Assembly (NCBI GenBank): GCA_029856435.1
Contig: JAHQXB010000021.1
Location: 1 to 28,816, forward strand
Direction: 5' to 3'
DNA from: Candidatus Jordarchaeia archaeon
GTDB taxonomy: Archaea > Asgardarchaeota > Jordiarchaeia > Jordiarchaeales > Jordiarchaeaceae
DNA length: 28,816 nt
In this document: positions 18,385 through 27,802 of the stretch, piece after piece
How the letters are laid out: every line of letters begins with the position of its first letter
Position numbering within the stretch: position 1 is the stretch's first letter
Position numbers and translations under genes: made by a program
Notes under the pieces: model-generated
Databases searched by the model: none
The model's input: the letters and a program-made list of their open reading frames with translations, nothing else
What the model was told of the DNA's origin: nothing

Positions 18385-18690
18385 TTGAAAAAGTCGTCAA
18401 AAATGGTTGAGAGAGGGACAGGAGTCATGATTGACAAATCGATTCAAATCCTTTGTTCACTGAAGAATGATGTTTGTGAGACAATTCAGGTAATAATTGA
18501 TTTGGAGAGGAATGTCATAACTGTTAACCCTGAAAAATGCCTTGAATGCCCATTCTTAGAAGAAAAGGTGAGGAAGTCGGTGATAGTATTATCCAGCTCT
18601 CCGATACTCGAACTTTACAAAAAAACCCCCACATTTATGGTAGACTTCGATTTAACTTTTCCCAAGAGAACAGTAGAAACTAAACCATAA
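18385..18690 (+). CDS. Small hypothetical protein with four Cys (possible metal binding)
   Basis: ORF with C-x6-C and CxxC (CLEC). The start is more likely at one of the internal Met codons. Confidence 0.5.
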   Translation: MKKSSKMVERGTGVMIDKSIQILCSLKNDVCETIQVIIDLERNVITVNPEKCLECPFLEEKVRKSVIVLSSSPILELYKKTPTFMVDFDLTFPKRTVETKP

Positions 18691-18824
18691 CCCAGGGCCA
18701 AAAATGTGAAGCTTAACATTCAAAATTTAATGCGGAAGTTTCCAGCTAAGGGTTCACAACTGATGGTGTATGAACTAGTGGAGCTTGGAGCATGCTCACA
18801 ACTTTAAGTTACCCTTTTTCTGTT

Positions 18825-19643
18825 TTAAATTTTCAAATTTTTTTTGAGTATGGCTGTTTTTTGGGCGCAGGTTTGGAGCAGTTTTCTTGTTCCTCCCGCT
18901 TGGCTTATGACTTCGAGCATTTTTTGGGGATTGTAGATTTTTACTCCCATAACAGCTGTGACTCCTCTTTCGAATAATGGCTGGGGAGTGAAGCTAGCCG
19001 TGGGTCCAACTAACGCCACTTCACGCATTTCCTTACAGTGCTTTAATATGTTGTCAACTGTGTGATTCACAAGGGTGCTACCAGTTATTATTGCAATGTC
19101 CTTGTTTATGCTTAATTCTTCGAGTTGTTCTTCCGTGGCAACTTTAACCATGGGGTGGGGAATATTTCTTTTCTCTATGACCGTTATTTCTTTGGTTTTT
19201 TCCAGTAGCTTGGGGATTACGGGTGCAAAATAGCCCACCATTAAAATTTTGTCATTCGGCACTACCAAATCCAGAATGTCAGTATCAGTGAAAGGGTAAA
19301 GGTTAGGCTTACTCCTGAAGGCTATTTGAGAAAGGGCATTTATTGTCGCCACACCTATAGCGGCACTTATTAGGTTTCGGGAAGTGGCAAAATTCATCAT
19401 GTCTCGAGCGCTTGAACCTTGTAATTCACCGGCTTTTTCAAGAATTTCACATTCGGGGGGATCTCCTCGTAGAACATGTGCCAGTCCTGCTTCCCCACTT
19501 GAAAGCATTACTCCCGCATATTCCAGTCCTACTCTCACCTCAGAGACCCTGACCTCATCTAGGCACCAATCTAACTCCTTCTCCAAGTATTTTAATAGAC
19601 TCTCAACTGAATCCATAATAAAACCCCTATGGAGAACACTCAA
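18825..19643 (-). CDS. DUF364 family (Rossmann-like, putative heavy-metal chelation) protein
   Basis: IGVATINALSQ, MVGYFAP, IITGSTLVNHT, VGPTA, GVTAVMG. Likely start ATG at 19616. Confidence 0.85.
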   Translation of the reverse strand: MSVLHRGFIMDSVESLLKYLEKELDWCLDEVRVSEVRVGLEYAGVMLSSGEAGLAHVLRGDPPECEILEKAGELQGSSARDMMNFATSRNLISAAIGVATINALSQIAFRSKPNLYPFTDTDILDLVVPNDKILMVGYFAPVIPKLLEKTKEITVIEKRNIPHPMVKVATEEQLEELSINKDIAIITGSTLVNHTVDNILKHCKEMREVALVGPTASFTPQPLFERGVTAVMGVKIYNPQKMLEVISQAGGTRKLLQTCAQKTAILKKNLKI

Positions 19644-19788
19644 TCTTTAAACAGGCATGTTAAGATACCAAAATTTTAAAAAATCAAATGTATTTCTCTA
19701 GCAATCTTTATTTTTGGTGAAACTTGTTTTTGTACAAATTGAATGTTGATAATATGGTTAGGAGTGTATGGATAAATCTATTTATTAG

Positions 19789-21402
19789 TTAGCCTAAGGC
19801 TCCTCTAATTTTTCCCGCATACAAAATCAGTTTTTGGGCTATTTCAAACATTTCTTCCCCTTGAATAATGTCGAAGAGCCCTTCTTTTTTGATGTCTCCC
19901 TTGGAGAGGGTGTGTGCTGAGAGGTACTCTGAAATCATATGCACCACTATTTCGTTGGACATTTCTGGATTCATATCTAAATTGATGAATTCACTAATTT
20001 GTTTTAAATCCTCCTTTACCTGTTCGCAAACCCTTTTTGGCAGCGCCTTTTGAACCGCATCCATACAAATAAACCTTGAAGCAAAACTTAAGCACTCTTT
20101 GAGGGAAGGATAATATGTGTCTAGTAGTTTTTCCAGAGCTTCACTCTTCCACTCGTTAACGGCGTTTAGTCCACGTCCAGTTCCAATAAATTCAGGGGGA
20201 AGCCCTATACTATAAAGTGTGGCGGTGAAGGGAATGGATTTAACTTTGGAATCGAATTTAAGTTCACCCAATTTTAGAAGCCGCTTAGATATTTCTTTCT
20301 CTGTACATATTTTAGCCAGTTGTTTGATTGTCGCCTGGATGGAGGTTTGTTCCTTTTCTTGGTAGTTTAATGGTTTTTCGCGTCTGTGAGGGACTAAATC
20401 GAATATTCTTGTATCTAGTAAGATTTCGTAGAGACTTTCCCAATATTTGGCTGCAAATAAGCTAATTATGTTTATCATTTCATTTTTTTCTCTTTTAGAG
20501 AAGGAGAGTGGCTTCTGTGACTGAAGTTTCTCCCTAAGTAGAGCAGACATTTTTTGGGTTTCCCTTCTATCAATATCATATCTTAGGCTTGGGGGAATGG
20601 TTAATGTTCCTATCCCAGAGTATTCGTTTAAAATATTGTCCAGATACTTAGGATTACAAAATCCTCTGAATGGTAGAAAACCTGCATTTAGAATAGGGTA
20701 TATGGGTGTGCCGGTTTCCTCTCGTAGCGCTGCAAGATCCGATATGGCAATTTTGGTGGCGAGAGTGGAGGGTACGAGTCCACAACTCATTGCGCAGTCA
20801 GATCTTCCAAGAAATATTCTTAAATATCCCAGGGGAGTCAGCATGGAGGGGTAGGCTTTAAAATACTCCGAAACAATGTTTGAAATGTTTAGCAAGGAGG
20901 GCAAGTCCTTTACGAAGGGGATAATCTGAATGTCCTTAAGTTTAGCCGTTGGATCAATAGTTTCTAGGATATAGTTTTTAAGAATGTTAAAGTTCATTTC
21001 AATGCGAGTTAGTTCTTTGGGAAACTCTGTAAGGGGATGGATGACCTCATAAATTGCCCCTCCATTCGTTTCGTTTCTCAATTCGTAATTTACTTCAATT
21101 ATTTTTTGAAAAATGGCCATCCTCCTGAAACCAGGCTCGTAATTGCCTGGAGGAACACTTGGTGTAAGATTAATGTTGAAGCTGGGAATTAAACCTTTAT
21201 CCTTTAGTTTTTTAACTATCTCTTCTATGTGGTGAAAGGGTGTTAGTTTGGATGCAAAGTCTATTACTAACTCTTCTATTCCGAATCCTCCATCTTCACG
21301 GGAGGATAGACAGGTAACCGCTTCTTCTATCTCTTCTTCGAAACCGACGTAGGCCGTAGCAGAATCTGCATCTTGGGTTGCAACAGTGGCGGGAACACGC
21401 AT
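19789..21402 (-). CDS. ppcA: Archaeal-type PEP carboxylase (PpcA) homologue with degenerate active site
   Basis: Collinear with PpcA motifs: VPATVATQDAD (TQHPD), YEVIHPLT, RIFLGRSDCAMSCG, PFRG, FTATLYSIGLPPEFIGTG, C-terminal RGALG. Start set at MRVP (21402) by analogy with PpcA N-termini. The gene symbol reflects homology, not activity. Confidence 0.85.
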   Translation of the reverse strand: MRVPATVATQDADSATAYVGFEEEIEEAVTCLSSREDGGFGIEELVIDFASKLTPFHHIEEIVKKLKDKGLIPSFNINLTPSVPPGNYEPGFRRMAIFQKIIEVNYELRNETNGGAIYEVIHPLTEFPKELTRIEMNFNILKNYILETIDPTAKLKDIQIIPFVKDLPSLLNISNIVSEYFKAYPSMLTPLGYLRIFLGRSDCAMSCGLVPSTLATKIAISDLAALREETGTPIYPILNAGFLPFRGFCNPKYLDNILNEYSGIGTLTIPPSLRYDIDRRETQKMSALLREKLQSQKPLSFSKREKNEMINIISLFAAKYWESLYEILLDTRIFDLVPHRREKPLNYQEKEQTSIQATIKQLAKICTEKEISKRLLKLGELKFDSKVKSIPFTATLYSIGLPPEFIGTGRGLNAVNEWKSEALEKLLDTYYPSLKECLSFASRFICMDAVQKALPKRVCEQVKEDLKQISEFINLDMNPEMSNEIVVHMISEYLSAHTLSKGDIKKEGLFDIIQGEEMFEIAQKLILYAGKIRGALG

Positions 21403-21489
21403 AAATTTACACCCTTTTTTCTCTCCTCTGGATCCCAACATTTTCCAAAAGTTTCTACTTAATTATTAATATGTTTAAATTAAAAAAAC

Positions 21490-21564
21490 TTAACCTTAGA
21501 AAAAGGTTAAAATGATTTAAATGGGTTAAATATAATTCTAGAAATTAATGTTTCATGGAACATT
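21490..21564. promoter_or_regulatory. Two palindromic operator-like sites in the divergent ppcA-like/GNAT promoter region
   Basis: TTAACCTT-AGAAA-AAGGTTAA (21490-21510) and AATGTT-TCATGG-AACATT (21547-21564). Confidence 0.3.
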
Positions 21565-21634
21565 TAACATTACAAATTTGAATGTGCCCTGCGAAAATAA
21601 TTCATGCTCAAAAAGTTAAATTCGGTGCAGTATC

Positions 21635-22096
21635 ATGCCTGACGTTCATATCAGGGAGTACAAAGTTGAGGATGGAGATGAGGTTGAAGAACTTTTCCGC
21701 CACCATACAGAGAAGCACTTACGTAGATCAACGTCCCTTTTCTACAAAAAGGCTTTGAACGGGGAGCCTCCAGAGGACGTTGTAGCGGTAGTAGCAATTG
21801 CTAATGGTAGGGTTGTGGGATTCAGTGGAGTTAAATTGCTGGGTGAAGGAAAAGTTATGTATCCCGCCACAATAGTTCATAGGGACTTTAGGAACAGGGG
21901 AATTGGAAAAATGCTGATGAAAAAAAAGTTAGAAATAGCTCGTGAAAAGGGACTTAAAGAGTACACTTCAATTATTGGTGAGGAAAATATTGCTTCACGC
22001 AGAATGTTAGAAAGTTTGGGAAACTTTGAAATTGTTGAAAAAGGGAAATATGACGAAAACAAAAAATGGGTAAAATACGCAAAAAAACTCACCTAA
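21635..22096 (+). CDS. GNAT family N-acetyltransferase
   Basis: IVHRDFRNRGIGKMLM (motif A), ENIASRRMLESLG. Confidence 0.9.
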   Translation: MPDVHIREYKVEDGDEVEELFRHHTEKHLRRSTSLFYKKALNGEPPEDVVAVVAIANGRVVGFSGVKLLGEGKVMYPATIVHRDFRNRGIGKMLMKKKLEIAREKGLKEYTSIIGEENIASRRMLESLGNFEIVEKGKYDENKKWVKYAKKLT

Positions 22097-22242
22097 ACTT
22101 AAAAGTGCTGGGCATGTTTCTTGGAATAGTTTAAAAGGTGGAGAAAAATATTAAATTCTCAGCTCAATTCCCCATCTCTAAAAAACCTTTTCCATCAAGA
22201 GAAGGAATTGTTAAAATCAGTTATTTTCAGGACGTGTACCCA

Positions 22243-23103
22243 ATGAGCGGTAAAACAGAAGCTACCCGACTTCTTAGTGAAGGTAAAGAACTAATCAAAA
22301 AGGGAGACTACGAAAAGGCAGAAAAAATGTTTAATGAAGCATTGAAAAAATTTACAAATGAAGGTAACAACCGAGGCGTGGCGGAATCTGAAACACATCT
22401 GGGAATAGCTCTACAATATCAAGGAAAGTTGAAACAGGCAAAAGAGCACTTAGAGAGGGCTCTAAAGCTTCATGAGGATTTAGATTATAAGCCGGGAATC
22501 TCAAGAGTTTACACAAATTTAGGGAACATAAATCTGTTAACATCTAAAAACTTTGAGAAGTCTCTTGAACTCCACCAAAAAGCTCTAAACATATCCAGAG
22601 AAGCAGAGGATCTGGCTGGAGAAGCTCGGGCCCTTACAAATATTGGCTATGTTCAATTCAGGCAACGAAAGCTGGATGAGGCGTTGGATACTCTAAATGA
22701 AGCCCTGAAAATCGCAAATAAAGCCAAAGACGACTATATTCGCGCCGTCGCTTTGTCCAACATTGGAATAATATTGTTCAACTTGAAGCGATACGACGAG
22801 GCCCTCGAAAAACACAAGGAAGTGGCAGAGATTTTTGAGAAGTGGGGAAACAAAAAAAGATTGGCGATAGAACACAGACAAATTGGACTAATCTTGGAAA
22901 AACAGAACAGATACGAAGAAGCTGCTGAACACTACCACATTTCCCAAAAACTCTACGATGAAACCGGTCAGAAAAAAGAAAAGAAAATGGTTAAATCCAT
23001 GTTAAACGCAGTAAAGACCAAAAAGAGGGAATGTCCATCATGCAAAACAATAATACTGGTACCAGAGTTAAAATATTGCCCCATTTGTGACAAGGACTTG
23101 TAA
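22243..23103 (+). CDS. Tetratricopeptide-repeat protein with C-terminal zinc ribbon
   Basis: About 6 TPR units (GDYEKAEKMFNEAL, GKLKQAKEHLERAL, RKLDEALDTLNEAL, etc.) and CPSC-x10-CPIC at the end. ATG at 22243 preferred over the GTG at 22138. Confidence 0.88.
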   Translation: MSGKTEATRLLSEGKELIKKGDYEKAEKMFNEALKKFTNEGNNRGVAESETHLGIALQYQGKLKQAKEHLERALKLHEDLDYKPGISRVYTNLGNINLLTSKNFEKSLELHQKALNISREAEDLAGEARALTNIGYVQFRQRKLDEALDTLNEALKIANKAKDDYIRAVALSNIGIILFNLKRYDEALEKHKEVAEIFEKWGNKKRLAIEHRQIGLILEKQNRYEEAAEHYHISQKLYDETGQKKEKKMVKSMLNAVKTKKRECPSCKTIILVPELKYCPICDKDL

Positions 23104-23249
23104 AACAAAAATGAAAGCGGCTAACTTCAATTGCAACGCAAAAAAGAAATAAACTAGATTCTAGCACACCTCAAACATAGGCAAGCCTTTAAACGGGAAT
23201 ATGTATTCAGTTTTAGTAGGCTCATTTCAAAACTGGAAGGTTTTAGGCT

Positions 23250-23660
23250 ATGACTAAGGATAACGAGTTAACTCCAAGAATAGCTGTGGATGCCATAATT
23301 GTTAAGGATGACTGCGTGGTCTTAATAAAAAGGAAGAACCCCCCATTCCAAGACTATTATGCTCTTCCAGGAGGATTTGTAGAAATAGGAGAATACGTTG
23401 AGGAAGCAGTGGTGAGGGAAGCTAAAGAAGAAACGGGGCTAGATGTGGAGGTGGAAAAGTTCTCGGGAATCTATGATGATCCAAAGCGCGACCCTCGAGG
23501 ACACGTTATAAGCATAGCATATATTTGTAGAGTGGTAGGCGGAGAACTTAAAGCCATGACGGACGCCAAAGATGTTCACTGTGTACCCCTAAAAGAAATA
23601 AAAAATATCAAACTGGCCTTCGACCACGCAAAAATTCTCTCAGACGCGGGAATAGTCTAG
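23250..23660 (+). CDS. NUDIX hydrolase (ADP-ribose pyrophosphatase-like)
   Basis: Nudix box GGFVEIGEYVEEAVVREAKEETGL, RDPRGH, LAFDH. Confidence 0.95.
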   Translation: MTKDNELTPRIAVDAIIVKDDCVVLIKRKNPPFQDYYALPGGFVEIGEYVEEAVVREAKEETGLDVEVEKFSGIYDDPKRDPRGHVISIAYICRVVGGELKAMTDAKDVHCVPLKEIKNIKLAFDHAKILSDAGIV

Positions 23661-23867
23661 ACGCCTTTTGTAACAGTTTCAAAATAAGTGGACACAAAAT
23701 AGTCAAAAACCAAAAGTATGGAGTTGCCCTTGATAGGAGCGGAATGGTCCCGATGAACTCATGAGGGGTGTGGACTATTTGGTGAAGCTCTAGGCCTACA
23801 TATATTTACTTTTGACCACGTAGACTGCAGCTCTTTAAGAATTATTCGCTCTCCTTTTTCCGAATTT

Positions 23868-25481
23868 TTAGCTAAGTACTCGGTAGACTATCATGTATGG
23901 AAATCCCTGATAGTAAATTACTAGTTCCCTCTGGTACAAGGGACTTGTTTCCAAGTGTACCAGGGATGTTATCGGCACGTAGTTGAAGAGGCTCACGAAT
24001 ATTGCTCCTATGTGTCCGCTCCTCGCCCAGTCATCGAGCCATGAGGGGATGTCTGGAATCCATAGACACAGCCTGCCAGTGTAGTGCGTAGCCATGGGGT
24101 ATACGTTGGTGAGTATTATTTGCCAAGGATATGTGGTGTTTTTTAGGTATTGGTAAACCGGCAAAGGCTGTGACACCTCAGGATTGGTGCGAACAATGTA
24201 GACTCCGACGAAGCCTCCTGTAATGTTGAGGATTAACAATAAGACTGCTATATTCTTCCTGTTTCTCAGAGGATTCCTTTGTAAAAGGTTTAGAATGTTT
24301 TTTCTGTCTTGAAACTCGTCTGTTAGAAGTATAGCTAAACCGAACCCTGTGAGGATGCAGAAGGCGGGTAGAGAGGTTTGATTGTACCGGAAGAAATCCA
24401 CTAGTCTCGAGTTAGGCATCAAAAGGAAGTAGGCCACTAGGGATGAGAGTATCCAGAATAGTAATGTTCTGCCTTCGAGGCTGCTTTTCTCGGCTTGGGA
24501 TGCCTTATAGAAGTAGGGTAACAGGAAGGCAGGAGTAGCTATGGGAATTATAGCATACGCTAGGGATTCTAAATAGAACAGAACGAGTTGAAGGAGGCTT
24601 GGGGGGACAAATAGATTGGAGTAGGGTGTTCTGTTCCAGCTTTGAGTGGAAGTGAAGAAAAGCCTTATGAAACCCAGCCAATCTCCAGTGTTAATTTTGC
24701 TGAAGTATAACCAGGGGGCAACTGTTAGAAGGGCGCAAATTATTCCCAAATATAGCCAAGGAGACTTTAACGTTTTTCTCAAATTTTTGGAGAAAACTAT
24801 GTACGCTAAACCCACGAGAAGAATGAGGGCCCCCGGATATCTGGAGAGGAAACTTAAAGTGAGGGAAACTCCAGCTGGCACATAGTATTTGGGGTTTCTT
24901 TGGGCTCTCACTATGAACAGGAGGAATAGGGAGGAAAACAATATGTAGGGTACTTCGCTCAGTATGCCCCAAACAATAATGAAAAATGTTAGGCCACAGC
25001 TCAGAGCCAGAGCCGAGAATTTGCCCACAGTTTTACTATACATTTCCTTTCCCAAAAGGTAAATTGCATAAATTCCACCCAAGGAAAGCACAAAACTAAC
25101 CATCTGGGCGACTATTATGTTTGGCGTCGTTAACAAATAAACTAGGTAAATGACAAAGGGTAATAGGGGGACCCTTGAAAAGTCCAAAAGCACTTGAAGA
25201 GGTTGATAGCATAAAAAGCCAAAATAAAAGAAATCATTTGCCAGATTAACATAAACCGCCTCATCCCATGTCAAAGGCACAGGATAGGCTGAAAGCACAC
25301 CTCTAACCGCATTCACAACAATGATTAAGGTAAGCACCCAATCCAGTTTCGAACGCAACTGCCTCAGCACAACACTCACCACGAATGAAAATAAAAAGAC
25401 CTCTTCTAAAATAAAAATTCTTCGATAATTTAAGCCACAAAACAACTTGCGGTAACCATTTTGTGTGAAAACAATTCCCAC
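23868..25481 (-). CDS. GT-C membrane glycosyltransferase (GT39/ArnT/PMT-like)
   Basis: Multi-TM protein with WDEAVY acidic motif after TM1, RVPLLP, SEVP and LSRYPG. Confidence 0.85.
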   Translation of the reverse strand: MGIVFTQNGYRKLFCGLNYRRIFILEEVFLFSFVVSVVLRQLRSKLDWVLTLIIVVNAVRGVLSAYPVPLTWDEAVYVNLANDFFYFGFLCYQPLQVLLDFSRVPLLPFVIYLVYLLTTPNIIVAQMVSFVLSLGGIYAIYLLGKEMYSKTVGKFSALALSCGLTFFIIVWGILSEVPYILFSSLFLLFIVRAQRNPKYYVPAGVSLTLSFLSRYPGALILLVGLAYIVFSKNLRKTLKSPWLYLGIICALLTVAPWLYFSKINTGDWLGFIRLFFTSTQSWNRTPYSNLFVPPSLLQLVLFYLESLAYAIIPIATPAFLLPYFYKASQAEKSSLEGRTLLFWILSSLVAYFLLMPNSRLVDFFRYNQTSLPAFCILTGFGLAILLTDEFQDRKNILNLLQRNPLRNRKNIAVLLLILNITGGFVGVYIVRTNPEVSQPLPVYQYLKNTTYPWQIILTNVYPMATHYTGRLCLWIPDIPSWLDDWARSGHIGAIFVSLFNYVPITSLVHLETSPLYQRELVIYYQGFPYMIVYRVLS

Positions 25482-25605
25482 CTAAACAATTCAGGGTGTG
25501 GAGAAGTAGGGCTTAAACTAAACGCAAGGTGCGGTTCCGCATAAAGAAGCATCTTTAAAGGCATTTAGAAGGTAATTAGTTCTACTGTTGGAGGGTGTTT
25601 GAGTA

Positions 25606-26310
25606 CTATTTTGAAAATTTTCCTTTGATAAGCCACCAGAGACAAATTACTCCATCTTTCCACCCGATTTTAGCCTTCCCCTTTCTCCTATAACGATAAG
25701 ATATGGGTACCTCTACTACCCTCTTGCCCTTTTTGAGCAGCTTCACTGTTATCTCCGGCTCCAATTCAAACCCCTTGCAATCTAAACTAATTCCGTCAAG
25801 GGCATTTTTAAAGAAGACCTTGTATCCTGTCATTATGTCTGTGATTGAATTTTTAAAGAGAAGGCGGGTGGCCCAAGATAAAAACCTGTTTCCAAAGTTG
25901 TGCGAAAGGGACATTCCATCTGCTACCCCAAGAAATCTTGAACCATAAACGGCATCTGCTTGTCCTTTGATGAGAGGTTCAAGTAGGCGAGGTATATCGT
26001 TTGGGAAATATTCCAAATCCGCGTCTTGGATGACTATTATGTCGCCAGTTGCATGCGAAAGCCCGGTTTGAATAGCTTTCCCCTTCCCCAAGTTTTTTTT
26101 GTGCTGTAGCAGTTTAATGCCAGTTTGAGTTTTGATTTTATCTACAGAGCTATCCTCAGACCCGTCATCAATAACAATGATTTCCTTGGGGTACCCCAAG
26201 TCGACCCTCTTGACCAAATCTATGATTTCGAGGATATTGTTCTCCTCATTATAACAGGGTATGAGAACTGTTACTTTTAATTTTTCCACACGCAAACCTC
26301 CAGAGCCCAA
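25606..26310 (-). CDS. Glycosyltransferase family 2 (polyprenol-phosphate mannose synthase-like)
   Basis: IPCYNEE, IDDGSED, NLGKG, IQDADLEY, GSRF, TDIMTGYK, FELEPEI. Confidence 0.93.
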   Translation of the reverse strand: MGSGGLRVEKLKVTVLIPCYNEENNILEIIDLVKRVDLGYPKEIIVIDDGSEDSSVDKIKTQTGIKLLQHKKNLGKGKAIQTGLSHATGDIIVIQDADLEYFPNDIPRLLEPLIKGQADAVYGSRFLGVADGMSLSHNFGNRFLSWATRLLFKNSITDIMTGYKVFFKNALDGISLDCKGFELEPEITVKLLKKGKRVVEVPISYRYRRKGKAKIGWKDGVICLWWLIKGKFSK

Positions 26311-26335
26311 CGTTTTAAGTCATCAAGGTTTCCAT

Positions 26336-27445
26336 CTACCGACCAGTTTTTGATTTTTCTCCAATTTCAACTGGAGCCTTTTTTTGGGCTAAAAAGTTTG
26401 ACCCCACACCGTTATATATGATTGAAGGAATACCGGTCGCCAAACAGTAGACAAATCTGACAATGTGGTCCAGCAGTGCGAAGGCTACACCTAAACTTAG
26501 AGGTAGAAATAATGCAAAACCTAAACTAAAGGGCGTAAGGTAGCCAGTACCCAAGCCGAATGGCCCTGCCATGGAGAGTATGAAGCCCACGCCGAACTCG
26601 TAGATTCCGAATCCACCAGGTAGCAAAGGAAGTAACTTTGTGAAGAAACCAATAACGGAAGCCAGCAGACAAATATCTATCGGTAAAAAAAATCCAGTAC
26701 TGCGAGTTACAAAAATGGTTGAGGTAGCGTCAAGAATCCATATGGGAAAGGATAATAAAGCCACAACTCCCAGCATTTTAGGCTTGTGGTATAGTTGCTC
26801 CATACCCGTTTTGAAGCCCACAACAAATAAGTTCAGTTTTTCGTGAAGTTTGGGGGAAATACGCCGGGTAAAACCGATTAATCCTTCACCATAAAAGATG
26901 AAGGCTACTATTAGCCCAACTAGGGCAAAGCCAAACACAAAGGCTATCAAAATAACATTCCTGTACTCATCAGGAATCGCGGTATTCAGGCAAATTATCC
27001 CAAAAAGAACTGATGCAATTAGCACCATTGCAAAAATGTCAAAGATCCTCTCCACAGCAATCGTGGAAGTGCTCTCCCCTAACGAGATCTCTTTATCCTT
27101 ATCATATAGTAAGTATATTCTCACAACATCCCCAATTTTTGCAGGCGTTACCTCATTTACAAACCATCCAGACCAGAGCATAGTTACTGTGTAGGGAACG
27201 CTAACGTTGTGGTTTGTCGCCTTTATAATTGACCTCCAGCGAATCGCTCGCAGTACAAAAGTGAACGTATAAACCCCAACAAACACCATAATCCAGTACA
27301 GGTTCATGTTTCTGATAAGGAACAGGATAAGGTCTAATCCAATGTACTGCACCAGAAATACCAACACTATGGCAGTTACGATCGCCGCCACGACTCTCGC
27401 AATTGTCCACTTAGTTATCCTCAACACCGCTACACTCCAAATCAA
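26336..27445 (-). CDS. Flippase-like / lysylphosphatidylglycerol synthase TM domain protein (UPF0104)
   Basis: LRAIRW, NEVTPAKIGDVVR, VERIFD, LLPGGFGIYE, multiple TM segments. Confidence 0.88.
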   Translation of the reverse strand: MIWSVAVLRITKWTIARVVAAIVTAIVLVFLVQYIGLDLILFLIRNMNLYWIMVFVGVYTFTFVLRAIRWRSIIKATNHNVSVPYTVTMLWSGWFVNEVTPAKIGDVVRIYLLYDKDKEISLGESTSTIAVERIFDIFAMVLIASVLFGIICLNTAIPDEYRNVILIAFVFGFALVGLIVAFIFYGEGLIGFTRRISPKLHEKLNLFVVGFKTGMEQLYHKPKMLGVVALLSFPIWILDATSTIFVTRSTGFFLPIDICLLASVIGFFTKLLPLLPGGFGIYEFGVGFILSMAGPFGLGTGYLTPFSLGFALFLPLSLGVAFALLDHIVRFVYCLATGIPSIIYNGVGSNFLAQKKAPVEIGEKSKTGR

Positions 27446-27670
27446 AATTATAATACCTTAATCTACGAATAATATAAACTTATAGATTACAACAATTAAA
27501 AACTTTAACCTCTCCACATAATAAAACACTTATATTTTTGACTCAAGACCCACAGGCAATGCTTAATTTCACGAATATGAAGGCTGAACATTCATGAAAC
27601 AAATTTAGACACGTAATTGCAAAACGTTCATCCAAGCAGGTAAAACAAGCACCCAACAACTTCGACGCAA

Positions 27671-27695
27671 GCATAAAGTTTTGAAAAGTTTATGC
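27671..27695. promoter_or_regulatory. 25-bp quasi-palindrome between the acyl-CoA synthetase and the glycosylation trio
   Basis: GCATAAA-GTTTTGAAAAG-TTTATGC. Could be an operator or a hairpin terminator; function unknown. Confidence 0.25.
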
Positions 27696-27802
27696 GATTA
27701 AAATCTTGAACAACGCTAAGATTGTTCCTATTACTAGAAGAATCAGAAAAGCACGGCACCCCTCATGAAGGGAAAAAGTTCAGAGGAAAGGGGGCAACAA
27801 AT

